NCBI GenBank assembly: GCA_963555985.3
Contig: OY820591.1
Location: 32,001 to 96,000, forward strand
Length of the DNA stretch: 64,000 bases
Origin: Dehalococcoidia bacterium
GTDB lineage: Bacteria; Chloroflexota; Dehalococcoidia; Bin125
Direction: 5' to 3'
Positions 8,397 through 18,559 of the stretch are shown in pieces; the stretch's first letter is position 1, and the number at the start of each line of letters is the position of its first letter. The notes below the pieces were generated by a model. It was not told the origin of the DNA. It saw only the letters and a program-made list of their open reading frames with translations, and searched no databases. The translations under genes and the position numbers were made by a program.

Positions 8397-9214
8397 CCTA
8401 CCAAGAAGTCATCTACCAACCCGGACCCGTCGCCCGCCTGATCATGAACCGCCCCGAATACCGCAACGCCCAGTCCCGCGTCCTGCTCGAAGAGATCGAC
8501 CGCGCCCTGCGCGAGGCCGCCGACGACCCCCAGGTGCAGGTGATCATCCTCTCCGGCAACGGACCCGACTTCTCCGCCGGCCACGACCTCGGCTCGCCCT
8601 CCGAACTCGCCGACCGTGAGCTGCGCGGCTGGGCCGACGACTTCGTCGGCGTCTACGACCGCCAGCGCGACACCCGCATCACCAACACCCTCCGCTGGCG
8701 CAACATCCCCAAACCAACCATCGCGATGGTGCACGGCAAGTGCATCTTCGGCGGCTGCATGGTCGCCGCCTCAATGGACCTAATCTTCGCCTCCGACGAC
8801 GCGCTCTTCCTGCCCTCGCACACCCAGTACTTCCACGCCCCCTGGGACCTGGGCGCGCGCAAGGCCAAGGAACTGCTCTTCCAGAACCGCTTCATCCCCG
8901 CCCACGAAGCGCAGGAGCTGGGCTGGGTCAACCAGGTCTATCCGGCCGAAGCGCTGGAACGGAAGACGCTCGCCTACGCCGAAGAGGTCGCCGAGCATTC
9001 GCCCATGGCCCTGCGCCAGATCAAGTTCTCCGTCAACAACGCCCAGGACGCGCAGGGCTTCACCACCCACATCAACGCCGCCTTCCACGTCTACGCCACC
9101 GGCGCACGCTTCGGCAGCGCCGATCCGCGCCTGGTTCCCGGCCGCCGTCAACTCTCGCCCGTCGCTAGAGCGCTAGCCAAGCTCAAGAACGGACGCGGGC
9201 GCGACGGGCAGTAG
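8393..9214 (+). CDS. Enoyl-CoA hydratase/isomerase
   Basis: NRPEYRNA, FSAGHDL and PKPTIAMVHGKCIFGG; ATGA overlap with the HEPN gene. Confidence 0.9.
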   Translation: MTYQEVIYQPGPVARLIMNRPEYRNAQSRVLLEEIDRALREAADDPQVQVIILSGNGPDFSAGHDLGSPSELADRELRGWADDFVGVYDRQRDTRITNTLRWRNIPKPTIAMVHGKCIFGGCMVAASMDLIFASDDALFLPSHTQYFHAPWDLGARKAKELLFQNRFIPAHEAQELGWVNQVYPAEALERKTLAYAEEVAEHSPMALRQIKFSVNNAQDAQGFTTHINAAFHVYATGARFGSADPRLVPGRRQLSPVARALAKLKNGRGRDGQ

Positions 9215-9242
9215 GCCATTCGCACGAGGGCGGGGCAGCCGA

Positions 9243-11600
9243 GTGACGCTACTTCAGGGTCTGCGAGTGCTCGAATGGAGCCGCGACGTCCCAGCCGCCG
9301 CCTGCGCACGCGAATTCGCCCGCTGGGGCGCAGACGTCACCTCCTTCGATCCGCCCGCCCGCTACAGCAACGCCGAACCAATCGTCGACGGCGTTTCGCT
9401 GCTCGAAGTCTCACTCTCGCAAGGCAAGCGCCAAGCGCCGCTACCAGCAGACTGGCCCGCCGCACTGACCGATACCGACGTCTTCATCACCGACGCGCCC
9501 CTGTCCGAACTGACCAAGCTCGGCCTCTCGGCGGACACCCTCGAACACGACCACCCCAACCTGGTCGTCCTCCACCTCTCCCCGTTCGGAACCACCGGCC
9601 CCTACGCCCACTACGCAGCCGACGATCTGGTCGTCCAGGCCCTCGCCGGATTCGCCGGCGCCAACGGACACCACGGCCGCGAGCCGCTTGCTGCCCCGGC
9701 CGCGATCATCCCGCGCGCAATCGGCGTCCTCGCCGCCGTGGGCGGGCTGGCGGCGCTGCTCGAGCGTATCCACTCCAACTGCGGACAGTGGATCGAACTC
9801 GCCTCAATCGAGGCCGTCTCGACCCTGATCATGTCCCTCCGTTCCGAGTTCTCCGGCAAAGCGATCCCGCGCGTCGGCGGGCCCGAGGGCTGGGCTGAGG
9901 TAATGCCCACCAGCGACGGCTACGTCACCCTCTCCGCCTGGTCGCGGGAAACCTTGCGCAACGCGCCCATCGCCTTCGACTGCGAACCGCCCCCGCCGGA
10001 GCTGCTGGAGGGCGAGGGGCGTTGGGCCGACCGCGACGCCTCCTTGGAATACATCCGCCCGCTAGTTTCGGAGCGTGCCTCATCCGAAGTCTTCCACCGC
10101 CTCTCCGAACTGGGCATCGTCATGGCCTGGCACCGCTCCGCCGCCGAGCTATTGGAAGACCGCCAACTCCGCGCCCTCGACTTCTTCACCGATGTATCCG
10201 ATTCGCACCTCCCGCCAATGACCGGCGCCGGACGCGGCGCGCGAGTAACCGAGACGACCGCAGACTGGCCCCGCAGAGACAACTTCGCCCAACGCGAGCG
10301 TCCGCACGCAACCCCCGGCCCGCTTGACGGCCTCCGCGTGGTCGATTTCACCCATGCCTGGTTAGGGCCGTACGCCAGTGGTCTGCTCTCCGACCTCGGC
10401 GCAGAGATCATCAAGATCGAAGGACCGAAGCGTCCCGACCTCTGGCGCTACGACGCCGGCGGCCCGCTGCCGGTCGCCGCTCCGAATGCGCATCCGCTCA
10501 ATGTGCGCGCCAATTTCAACATGGCCAATCGCGGCAAGCGCACGGTTTCGCTGGCGCTCGATACGGAGGCGGGACGCGAGCTAGCGCTCAAATTCATTGC
10601 GCGCGCGGACGTTGTCTTAGAGAACTTTCGCCCGCGCGTACTCGAAAACTTGCGCCTCACCCATACAGATATGCGCAAAGTCAATCCGCACATCGCCCTG
10701 ATCTCGTGGAGCGGCTTCGGTTCCGGCGGCCCCGACGACAACTACCGCGCCAACGGCGGCACGACCGAAGGCAACGCCGGCTGGGATCTGCTCTACGGCT
10801 ATCGCGGCGAAGCGCCGCTCCTGCTCGGCACAATGCAGGCCGACCCAATCGTCGGAGCGCAGATGGCCGCCGCCGCCCTCGCCGCCGCTTGGCGAGCGCA
10901 GCAGCACGCCGCCGGCGCGATCCGGATCGAAGGCTCGATGTTCCAGTCGGCGGTCGCCTACATCGACGAATACCTGCTCCAAGCCTCACTCGGAGCAGCC
11001 CCGCCAGAACGCAACGGCAATCGCATCCCCAACGCCGTCCCCCGCGAGTGCTTCCGCTGCAAAGACTCACCCTCCGGCGAGGACGAGTGGATCGCCATCT
11101 CAATCCTCGACGACGCCATCTGGCAATCGCTCGTCGGCGTAACCAACGGCCTGGACCGGCCCGAATGGAACACGCTCGAAGGACGTTGCGCCGATCGCGA
11201 TTCGCTCGAAGCAGCGCTCAGCGAGTACACCCGCGAATGGGACGCGCGCACACTCCAGGAGCGTCTGCAAGCGGCCGGCGTCGCGGCCGGCGTCGTGCAT
11301 TCAACGCTGACGCATCTCCGCGATCCGCATCTGGCCGCCCGCGACTGGTGGCTCCACCTGAACCACCCCGACACCGGCCTGCGCCAATACCAGGGCTTCC
11401 CCTGGCGTCTAAGCCGAACCCCGGCCTCGTGTCTCCGCCCCGCCCCCCGCATGGGCGAGCACACGCTCGAGCTCCTGCGCGAAACATTGGGCTGCGAAGA
11501 GAGCGAGATCAAGCAGTGGCTCGCAGACGAAGTCATCGCCGGCTTGACCGACTCGCGCAAAGAAGACGATCCCGCGCCGCGCCCAATCAGCCCCCGCTAG
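9243..11600 (+). CDS. CaiB/BaiF family III CoA-transferase, tandem double domain
   Basis: Two L.GLRV(L/V) N-termini; GAEIIKIE, NRGKRTVSL, DVVLENFRP and AP..GEHT. Confidence 0.9.
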   Translation: MTLLQGLRVLEWSRDVPAAACAREFARWGADVTSFDPPARYSNAEPIVDGVSLLEVSLSQGKRQAPLPADWPAALTDTDVFITDAPLSELTKLGLSADTLEHDHPNLVVLHLSPFGTTGPYAHYAADDLVVQALAGFAGANGHHGREPLAAPAAIIPRAIGVLAAVGGLAALLERIHSNCGQWIELASIEAVSTLIMSLRSEFSGKAIPRVGGPEGWAEVMPTSDGYVTLSAWSRETLRNAPIAFDCEPPPPELLEGEGRWADRDASLEYIRPLVSERASSEVFHRLSELGIVMAWHRSAAELLEDRQLRALDFFTDVSDSHLPPMTGAGRGARVTETTADWPRRDNFAQRERPHATPGPLDGLRVVDFTHAWLGPYASGLLSDLGAEIIKIEGPKRPDLWRYDAGGPLPVAAPNAHPLNVRANFNMANRGKRTVSLALDTEAGRELALKFIARADVVLENFRPRVLENLRLTHTDMRKVNPHIALISWSGFGSGGPDDNYRANGGTTEGNAGWDLLYGYRGEAPLLLGTMQADPIVGAQMAAAALAAAWRAQQHAAGAIRIEGSMFQSAVAYIDEYLLQASLGAAPPERNGNRIPNAVPRECFRCKDSPSGEDEWIAISILDDAIWQSLVGVTNGLDRPEWNTLEGRCADRDSLEAALSEYTREWDARTLQERLQAAGVAAGVVHSTLTHLRDPHLAARDWWLHLNHPDTGLRQYQGFPWRLSRTPASCLRPAPRMGEHTLELLRETLGCEESEIKQWLADEVIAGLTDSRKEDDPAPRPISPR

Positions 11601-11671
11601 CGCCGCAATCCACCGCTCAACGGACCAGCCAAAAAGACCCGTACGTAAAATCGCAATTAATCTCCCCTAGA

Positions 11672-12020
11672 GAGGCCGATGCATAACCCCATATCCGTCA
11701 TTCCCGCGCAGGGAGCCCGTTGCAAAATCCCCATTTCCGTCATTCCCGCGTAGGCGGGAATCTCGAAGCAACCAAGTATGAAACCGCTCCCAATCTGGTC
11801 GTACCACCGACCTCAGATCGCGCGATCCGCTCCTCCGAGCCCCCAATGCACCAGGATGAAATTTTGCAAAAGCCTGCCCCTGCGTAGAGACTGATGCATA
11901 ATTCCCTCCGCCGTCATTCCCGCGAACGCGGGAATCCAGTCTCCGTATCTGGTCAGCACTGGATGCCTGTTGAGTCGGAATAGCGGAAATGCGACAATTC
12001 AGGGGTTATGCATCGGCCTC
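11672..12020. mobile_element. Composite MITE with perfect 19-bp terminal inverted repeats, containing M1 and M2 sub-elements
   Basis: GAGGCCGATGCATAACCCC (11672-11690) and GGGGTTATGCATCGGCCTC (12002-12020); three CCGTCATTCCCGCG REP heads inside. Confidence 0.85.
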
Positions 12021-12086
12021 CCCCAAAAGGACAGCTTGAGTGTACGTGCAAGCCGCCAAAGGAAAGAGAGGGGAGTATGAAGCCTG

Positions 12087-13193
12087 TTAGTCGCTCCCCA
12101 GACCGAAAGCTCGGAGATAGAACGCGCGGGCTTCAAGGGGAGTGAGCCCCTCGCCCAGCCAACTCTCGCCGATCCGGATCTCGAAGTGGAGATGAATATC
12201 CGTACCCGGTGCCGCGTAGCTCTCGCGTTGACCGCTCTCTCCGGGGTAGCCGATCAGTTGACCGCGGCTGACGTGGACGCCGACTCCGATCCCTGCCGCG
12301 ATGCGGCTGAGGTGGGCGTAGCGGGTGACCACGCCTCCGGCGTGTTCGATCCAGATTTGGCGTCCACGCAGTTCGTCGAGGATCTGCTCACCCTCAAAAG
12401 CGACCGCCTCGAAACGAGCCCAGTCTTCGGGCGTGACATCCACATAGTCGAGGTCAGCCCGAATCACAACCCCGTCTTTAGCCGCAAGGATGGGCGTGTC
12501 GTAGCTGACCGTCGTACAGGAGGCCCACTCATAGAAATCGAGGCCCTCATGGATGCCGTCGTTGCGGTAAGCGCGAGGAGCGGCGGGCAAGTGACCCTCG
12601 AACTCGGTCACGCAAGCGCCGGCGATGGGAACGATGAAACCGCTCAGCGGATCAGGTTCCTCGACTGTGACCGGTTCGATCACCTGGGACTGTTGAGTGG
12701 TCGGTTGCGACTGCGAAACCTGCGCTTGGATCGGCTCGCCAGACCGATCTGCTTGTTCTGGCGGAGACACTGTGCTCCGCGGCGGGGCGCTGGCGACGCT
12801 CTCGGTTGCCGCTGGCTCCTGCTGCTCAGGAGGCTGCTCGTCTCCAGTCGAGACTTGCACCGGCGGCGCTGGCTCAGGTCCGCCTTCGGCTCCGTCGCTC
12901 GAGGAGACGCCGAGCATTGCGATCGTGAATGCGATCGCGAACACGGCGACTGCTCCGAGCAGATAGACCCAGACGGGCCCGAGCAGCCAACTGGCGCGAT
13001 CGGGCGCGTCCGCCGAGCGCCGCCCGGCCAGTCGCTCTGCTGCGCTCCGGCCGCTCTTGGGCGAGTCTCCCCAAGGTCCCTCAGGACGGCGGATAGCCTT
13101 CCTCCTCCAGGGCGGCGTCGATCTGCGCGGGAGTCGCAGCGCCGGCGTCGTATGCCACCTCAACCCGCTTGGCGTCCACATCCACGGCCACAC
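12087..13193 (-). CDS. M23 family metallopeptidase with membrane anchor (true start unresolved; ORF overlaps copZ)
   Basis: HEGLD, YAHLS and HLHFEIR motifs; hydrophobic segment followed by a P/Q/E-rich linker. Confidence 0.8.
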   Translation of the reverse strand: MWPWMWTPSGLRWHTTPALRLPRRSTPPWRRKAIRRPEGPWGDSPKSGRSAAERLAGRRSADAPDRASWLLGPVWVYLLGAVAVFAIAFTIAMLGVSSSDGAEGGPEPAPPVQVSTGDEQPPEQQEPAATESVASAPPRSTVSPPEQADRSGEPIQAQVSQSQPTTQQSQVIEPVTVEEPDPLSGFIVPIAGACVTEFEGHLPAAPRAYRNDGIHEGLDFYEWASCTTVSYDTPILAAKDGVVIRADLDYVDVTPEDWARFEAVAFEGEQILDELRGRQIWIEHAGGVVTRYAHLSRIAAGIGVGVHVSRGQLIGYPGESGQRESYAAPGTDIHLHFEIRIGESWLGEGLTPLEARAFYLRAFGLGSD

Positions 13194-13299
13194 GATCCAC
13201 GCCGTCTAACGCCGTCAAGGCTTCGGTGATCGCGTGCGCGCAGTGTTCACAGGAGATATCGGGCGCGGTGCGCGTCAGAGTCGCCGTTGTCTCACTCAT
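13081..13299 (-). CDS. copZ: Heavy-metal-associated (CopZ-like) chaperone
   Basis: ISCEHCA and C-terminal ALEEEGY; 72 aa. Confidence 0.85.
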   Translation of the reverse strand: MSETTATLTRTAPDISCEHCAHAITEALTALDGVDRVAVDVDAKRVEVAYDAGAATPAQIDAALEEEGYPPS

Positions 13300-13434
13300 A
13301 GCTCATGCTCCTGATTGTCTTGCCGACTGGTGTTAATTCTACGCGCGCTTGCGGCGGAGGGGGTAGAGGATTCTGCCTGCTCTCGCCACCCCCTGCCGCT
13401 TCGTGACGCCCTCTCGCACCGCCAGGGGAGAGAA

Positions 13435-14217
13435 TCAGGCGAAGCGGCGGCCCAGCGCTGGTTCACGCTCCTGCGGGTTGAGCGTGGCGTGCAGCGCTTC
13501 GGCGTGGGCGCGGATTGCGGCTCGGTCGCTGAGGGGGGCGAGCCCGGCCGCTTCTTCGCCGTAGCGCTGTTCCAACGCCAGTGCAATCAGACGATCCGCC
13601 AAGCGTGGATTCTTGGGCAGAACGGCACCGTGGAGGTAAGTGCCGAAAGCGTTGCCGACGCGCGCGCCCTCGGAGCCGTCGCCGCCGTTGTTGCCGAAGC
13701 CGCTGACTACGTTGGCAAAAGCCGCTTGGCCCGTGTTGAGATAGCTGCGGCCGCCGTGATTCTCGAAGCCGACTACAGTGTCGCCCTCCCAGAGTGCGAC
13801 CACATTGCCGACGCAGCGGGCGATCTGAGGACCGGGGTGCGACGTGATCATGTCGAAGACGCCAATGCCCTCCATGATCTCCCCGTCCCAGCCGCGATAG
13901 TGCAGACCGAAGAGCTGATAGCCGCCGCAGACCGTGAGCGCCACGCCGCCGTCGCCCACCCAGTCGCGCAGCGCTTGTCCTCGGCGCTGGAGATCCAGCT
14001 GCACCCGCCGCTGCTCGCGATCCTGTCCGCCGCCGACCAGAATCAGGTCGGCCTCTTCGGGCGACCACTCGTCGCCGATATCGACGCCGCGCACGGTCGC
14101 CGATATCCCGCGCGCCTCGCAGCGGCGCTCGACCGCGCGGGCGTTGCCGCGATCTCCGTAGAGATTGAGCAGGTCGGGGTAGAGCACGGCGACCTTGAGG
14201 CTGCGTTCGGGGCTCAT
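13435..14217 (-). CDS. gatD: GatD-like (CobQ-type) glutamine amidotransferase
   Basis: LYPDLLNLYGDRGN, GGGQD, VCGGYQL, GFENHGG and YLHG..LPKNP; ATGA-coupled to murT. Confidence 0.88.
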   Translation of the reverse strand: MSPERSLKVAVLYPDLLNLYGDRGNARAVERRCEARGISATVRGVDIGDEWSPEEADLILVGGGQDREQRRVQLDLQRRGQALRDWVGDGGVALTVCGGYQLFGLHYRGWDGEIMEGIGVFDMITSHPGPQIARCVGNVVALWEGDTVVGFENHGGRSYLNTGQAAFANVVSGFGNNGGDGSEGARVGNAFGTYLHGAVLPKNPRLADRLIALALEQRYGEEAAGLAPLSDRAAIRAHAEALHATLNPQEREPALGRRFA

Positions 14218-15632
14218 GCGACCTCCCAGAGCCGGGAACCACTCATGCGGCCAAGCCGTTGGCGCACATCGAGCATGGCCGTGTAGGTGGGCAGGATGAT
14301 CAGCGGCTCGCGCTCGGGCAGAGAGTCGAACGCCTGCCGCAAGGCGTCGCCGATGTCGTTCCGGATCGGCTCCCGGGCCGCAGGCAGGCCGGCATACTCC
14401 AGACGCAGGGCGATGTCCGCCGCCCGGCTGCCGCCGACCGTGAGGGCGGCGCAGTAATCCGCCTGCGATTCCCAGTCCACATCCCAGATCCAAGAGACAT
14501 CGGTGCCGTCGGCGATCCCGTCGTTGAGCAGGACGAGCAGGTGATGGCGCTGCCCCGGTCGCTGCAAGGTGCGCAGGGCCTGATTCAGGCCGGACGGGTT
14601 CTTACCCAGCAGGACGCGGACTCGGTGTCCGTCGATGACCAGTTCTTCCTGCCTCCCAAAGGCGGCGCGGTGAGCTTCCAGTCCGCGCCGAATCGCGTCG
14701 GCGTTGACGCCGAGCGCATAGGCGGCGGCGGCCGCGGCGAGGGCGTTATAGACGCTGTAGAGACCTTCCGCAGGCAGCGTGATCATCATCGGCTCGTACT
14801 TGGGCAGCGCGAGCGTGAACGCCATCCCGCCTTCGATGCTGGTAATCGCGTGGGCGGCGATCTCAGGCGTGGGGCGTTCGGCTCCGGCGTCGGTGTACCA
14901 GCGCCCAAGCTGAGCGAAGTAGCGTCGCCGATAGCGGAAATCGGCTTGAGTGACAGGATCCCAGACGGCGTCCATAATCTCTCCCGCAGGCGCGGGAGGA
15001 ACATCCGGATCTTCGATCCCGAAGCGCAGCGAGGGACCACGCCAACGATCGCTGAGCGAGGTAACCAGCGGATCGTCCACGTTGACCACCATTTGCGTGC
15101 CTGCGGAGAAATTGGCCAGTGCGTCCCCCCAGCGCAGCGCAATCGATTCGATCTCGCCGTAGCGGTCGAGCTGATCACGCATCAGGTTGGTGAAAACCGC
15201 AACCGTGGGCGGGACCGCTTCAGCGACGGAGGCGAGCGCAGCCTCGTCGGTTTCGAGCACGGCGGTGCGGCGTCGCGGCAGATGTCCGCTCGCGCCGGCG
15301 GCATCGATCAGGGCGGTCAAGACGCCGCGCATGAGGTTCGAACCCGCGCGGTTGTGGATCACCCCGCGGCCGCTCTCGCGCAGGATGCGGGCGAGCATCG
15401 CCGCAGTCGTGGTCTTCCCGTTGGTTCCAGTGATCAGGGCGGCGGCGGTGAGTTCTTCGGCAAGGCTGTGGGCCAGACCCGCATCGACGCGCTCGGCGAC
15501 CAAGCCCGGCAACGCGGTACCGCCGGAGCCGAACATACGCATCGCGCGGCGGGTCGCCTTGCCCGCCATCACCGCCGCCAACTGGCGCGCCGGCGCGGGA
15601 GCGTGCACTCTGGTCAAGCTCATAGTCGACAT
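14214..15632 (-). CDS. murT: MurT lipid II isoglutaminyl synthase subunit (Mur ligase + DUF1727)
   Basis: ITGTNGKTTT, NL.RDQLDRYGE, KNP.G, DG.DVSWIWD and PTYTAML. Confidence 0.9.
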   Translation of the reverse strand: MSTMSLTRVHAPAPARQLAAVMAGKATRRAMRMFGSGGTALPGLVAERVDAGLAHSLAEELTAAALITGTNGKTTTAAMLARILRESGRGVIHNRAGSNLMRGVLTALIDAAGASGHLPRRRTAVLETDEAALASVAEAVPPTVAVFTNLMRDQLDRYGEIESIALRWGDALANFSAGTQMVVNVDDPLVTSLSDRWRGPSLRFGIEDPDVPPAPAGEIMDAVWDPVTQADFRYRRRYFAQLGRWYTDAGAERPTPEIAAHAITSIEGGMAFTLALPKYEPMMITLPAEGLYSVYNALAAAAAAYALGVNADAIRRGLEAHRAAFGRQEELVIDGHRVRVLLGKNPSGLNQALRTLQRPGQRHHLLVLLNDGIADGTDVSWIWDVDWESQADYCAALTVGGSRAADIALRLEYAGLPAAREPIRNDIGDALRQAFDSLPEREPLIILPTYTAMLDVRQRLGRMSGSRLWEVA

Positions 15633-15741
15633 ATCTGAATTTTAGGACGACGCGCGCGCCGTGCCGGCGTCTCGAGGGCGCAATGATCAGTCTGCGTTAA
15701 TTCAGTCAAATCAACGCGAACCGCAGACAGGGCAGCCCAAC

Positions 15742-16917
15742 TCAGGATTGTGACGGCACGGACTTCTCGCCGCGATCGCGAAGCGCCTCAATGATCTGCT
15801 CCAGTCCGACCACGCCCAGCAAGCGCCCATGTTCGACGACCGGCAAGACGAAAGCGTGATCTTTCTGCAAGCGCCGCAACGCCTCGTCGGCGGGAGCTTC
15901 GGGCGCGATTGGCTGGATCTGTCCAGCTGAGAGCATAATCTCGCGCATCCGCGCGTTGAGATAACGCTCTTCTTCGAGCAACAGAATCTGCGCGGCTGAA
16001 GCAATCCCGATCGCTGCGCCCTGCTCGGCCACGATGTAGGCGTCGTGATGCGCGAGCTGCTCACGCGACGGGACCAACGTGCGCACCAGCAGATCCGCCT
16101 CCACCGTCCGCGCTTGCGGCGGCGACAGCATCAGCTCGCCCACCCGCAGCTCGGCCAGATCGCGCTCCAACTCGGCTGCTTTCACGCCTTGCGACGCCTG
16201 CGAGGCCAGCAGCAAGCCGATGAAGATCAGCCAGAAACTGTTCAGCCCGCTCTCGAAGATCACCCAATCGAAGATCAGCCCGCCGATCCCGTAGAGGATC
16301 ATCAGCAGGCCAAGCCCCTGCCCGAGCCGCGCCGAGGCGCGGGTCGCGCGGTGCCGCGAACCCGTAATCCGCCAGATCGCCGCGCGCGCGACGCGACCGC
16401 CGTCCAGCGGGAAGCCCGGCAGCATGTTGAACGCGGCTAGGAAGCCGTTCAGCACGCCCAGGACGAAGATCAACGTGCCAACGGCAGAGCCGTCGGGCAG
16501 GACGAACAGCGCCAAGAGGATGAATACGGCCGCCAGCGCAGCCGACGCCAAGGGACCCACGATCGCGATCCAGAGCTCCTGTCCGGGCCGGCGCGAATCC
16601 TCGCGGATCAGCGAGACGCCGCCGAAGAAAAAGAGCGTGATCGAGGTCACTTCCATCCCGTAGCGGCGCGCGACCAGGCTGTGGGCGAGCTCGTGGATCA
16701 GAAGCGAGACGAAAAAGGCCACGCCGCCCGCGAGACCCAGCAGCCAACGCTCGAGGTCGCTCAAGCCGACAATCGCGTCGGGCAGCACCTGGGTGGCGAG
16801 CAGGAAGACGATCAGAGCGAAGATGAGGAAGAAGGACAGGTCGAGCCGAATCGGGATGCCAAGCACCCGTCCGGCCGGAATCCCGCTGCCGCCGATCATG
16901 CCGAAGCGCATGTCCAC
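15742..16917 (-). CDS. Site-2 protease (M50) with CBS domains
   Basis: HELAH and FNMLPGFPLDGGR; several TM segments; CBS-like C-terminus. Confidence 0.92.
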   Translation of the reverse strand: MDMRFGMIGGSGIPAGRVLGIPIRLDLSFFLIFALIVFLLATQVLPDAIVGLSDLERWLLGLAGGVAFFVSLLIHELAHSLVARRYGMEVTSITLFFFGGVSLIREDSRRPGQELWIAIVGPLASAALAAVFILLALFVLPDGSAVGTLIFVLGVLNGFLAAFNMLPGFPLDGGRVARAAIWRITGSRHRATRASARLGQGLGLLMILYGIGGLIFDWVIFESGLNSFWLIFIGLLLASQASQGVKAAELERDLAELRVGELMLSPPQARTVEADLLVRTLVPSREQLAHHDAYIVAEQGAAIGIASAAQILLLEEERYLNARMREIMLSAGQIQPIAPEAPADEALRRLQKDHAFVLPVVEHGRLLGVVGLEQIIEALRDRGEKSVPSQS

Positions 16918-16975
16918 AGCATATGTCGCTCAGCATCGTTCGGAGCGGTCGCGGTCATTGCTCCGGTGACGCCGA

Positions 16976-17743
16976 TCAATGGGATGAGTGCGACAGTTGA
17001 CCTTCGAGCGCAGCGACCAGATTGGCGACCGAATCCAGCATCAGATCAGCCTCAATTGCTGGATCGCGCTTATCGCCGACCTGCACCGTGACTGCAAACT
17101 GCGCGTGTTGCGCGCCGAGGATGTCCGCCTCGGGCGTATCGCCTACGAATGCGGTCTCCGCCGCGGATACGTCCAGCTGCTCCAACGTGGCTGCGAAGAT
17201 CGCCTGCCCGGGCTTCCAACTGAGCACGTCGTCGGACCAGACCCAGGCATCGATCCAGCGCTCAAACCCGCGCGAGCAAAGCGCCTGTTCGACGTAGCGT
17301 CCGGGTGCCAGCCCTGTGTTCGAGACCACGGCCAGGCGCAGGCCGCGCTCGCTCAATTCGGCAAGCGTTTGCTCCGCGCCTGCGATGATGTCCGGCGGCT
17401 CCCAAGAGGCGCTCTCGCAGATCGCCTGCTCAATTGCGCTCAAGAGCTCGTCGTCCTCAACGGTCGTGGGGCAGCGTTCGAGCATCGCCGCGCGAAAGGC
17501 GTTGAGCCGATCCTGCCCGCTGAGGTCGATGTTGCTCTGGTGCGCAACGACTAGCGCATCAATCGCGGCGCGAATCGCCTGCGGTACAGCTGCGGCTGCG
17601 CCGGAACCGGCTCCCGCGCGCTCGTAGGCCGCGCCCAGCCGCCGCTCACGCTCCAGCATTCGCCGCCGCCCGCCGCCGGGCGCGTCGCGGATCAGTGTGC
17701 CCCAGAGATCAAAGGCAACCGCTCGCAAGGACGTCGCAGCCAA
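16976..17743 (-). CDS. HAD-superfamily hydrolase
   Basis: FDLWGTL, VSN, KP and VGDTPEADI motifs. Confidence 0.88.
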   Translation of the reverse strand: MAATSLRAVAFDLWGTLIRDAPGGGRRRMLERERRLGAAYERAGAGSGAAAAVPQAIRAAIDALVVAHQSNIDLSGQDRLNAFRAAMLERCPTTVEDDELLSAIEQAICESASWEPPDIIAGAEQTLAELSERGLRLAVVSNTGLAPGRYVEQALCSRGFERWIDAWVWSDDVLSWKPGQAIFAATLEQLDVSAAETAFVGDTPEADILGAQHAQFAVTVQVGDKRDPAIEADLMLDSVANLVAALEGQLSHSSH

Positions 17744-17754
17744 GAACGACGAAC

Positions 17755-17991
17755 TCAGGACGGCTTGCTTTCGCCGCCGTCGTCAGACGTCTGAGCCACG
17801 ACCTCTTCATCGCCGTTATCGTCCTGGTCTTCGGAATCGGACGTGCGCGCTTCCTCGCGGAACTCGCGCAGGCCGGTACCGAGCGCCTTACCCACGCCGG
17901 CGAGACGCCCCGCGCCGAAGACCACGAGCACGACGATCACGACCACAATCGCCTCGACGGGCCCGAATCCAATCATCGCCAATTCAGACAT
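17755..17991 (-). CDS. tatA: Twin-arginine translocase TatA/TatE subunit
   Basis: TM helix followed by FGAGRL..VGKALG.GLREFR. Confidence 0.85.
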   Translation of the reverse strand: MSELAMIGFGPVEAIVVVIVVLVVFGAGRLAGVGKALGTGLREFREEARTSDSEDQDDNGDEEVVAQTSDDGGESKPS

Positions 17992-18142
17992 CCGGTTCTC
18001 CTGCTTGCCGCCGGCGCTCAGCGCGCGCCGCTGAGCCCTGCGACGCTGCGCCTCGGTCTACCCGTCTCGCGCCCACTCAGCGCAGACCGGCCCGGTCGAG
18101 GCGGCCGTCTCTCAGTGTATCAGCCGCGCTGGGATTGGGAGT

Positions 18143-18559
18143 CTAGGCGGCGGTCGTGGGCATCACTCGGAGGACGGGCAGCAGGTCGCGGGCGATCTGC
18201 AGCGCGAGATTGGCGAGGGCGCGCCAATCGCTAGCCCGCTCGCGAGCAAAGACATGTTGCGTTTCCGGATGCGCATCGCCGCAGAGGTAGTCGGCCACTT
18301 CTCGCATCTTTTTGAGGCGTTGTAGCGCATCAACGTGTCTGGCCTCAAGATGTTCGGCTGCTGCTGCGATCACAGCGATGTGAGACGGGCGGCGTCCACC
18401 GCGCCAGCGTTCCGCATCCAGGCCGTAGAGCTGATCGCGGGCGGTCAGATGGCAGGCGTAGTAGGCGCGATTAACAGCAGTGCGGAAGTCCGCTTCCTCG
18501 CTGCCGGCTTGCACGTGTCGCTCTGCGATCGCAAAGAGACGGGTAGGGTCAAGCGTCAC
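18143..18559 (-). CDS. HEPN domain protein (UPF0332-like)
   Basis: RTAVNRAYYA, SH and R..ADY; GTG start overlaps the upstream gene's stop. Confidence 0.75.
   Translation of the reverse strand: MTLDPTRLFAIAERHVQAGSEEADFRTAVNRAYYACHLTARDQLYGLDAERWRGGRRPSHIAVIAAAAEHLEARHVDALQRLKKMREVADYLCGDAHPETQHVFARERASDWRALANLALQIARDLLPVLRVMPTTAA

Noticed and set aside
13345-13375. CsoR operator upstream of copZ
   Set aside because: Only a half-site (TACCCCC) is visible, with no palindromic partner.
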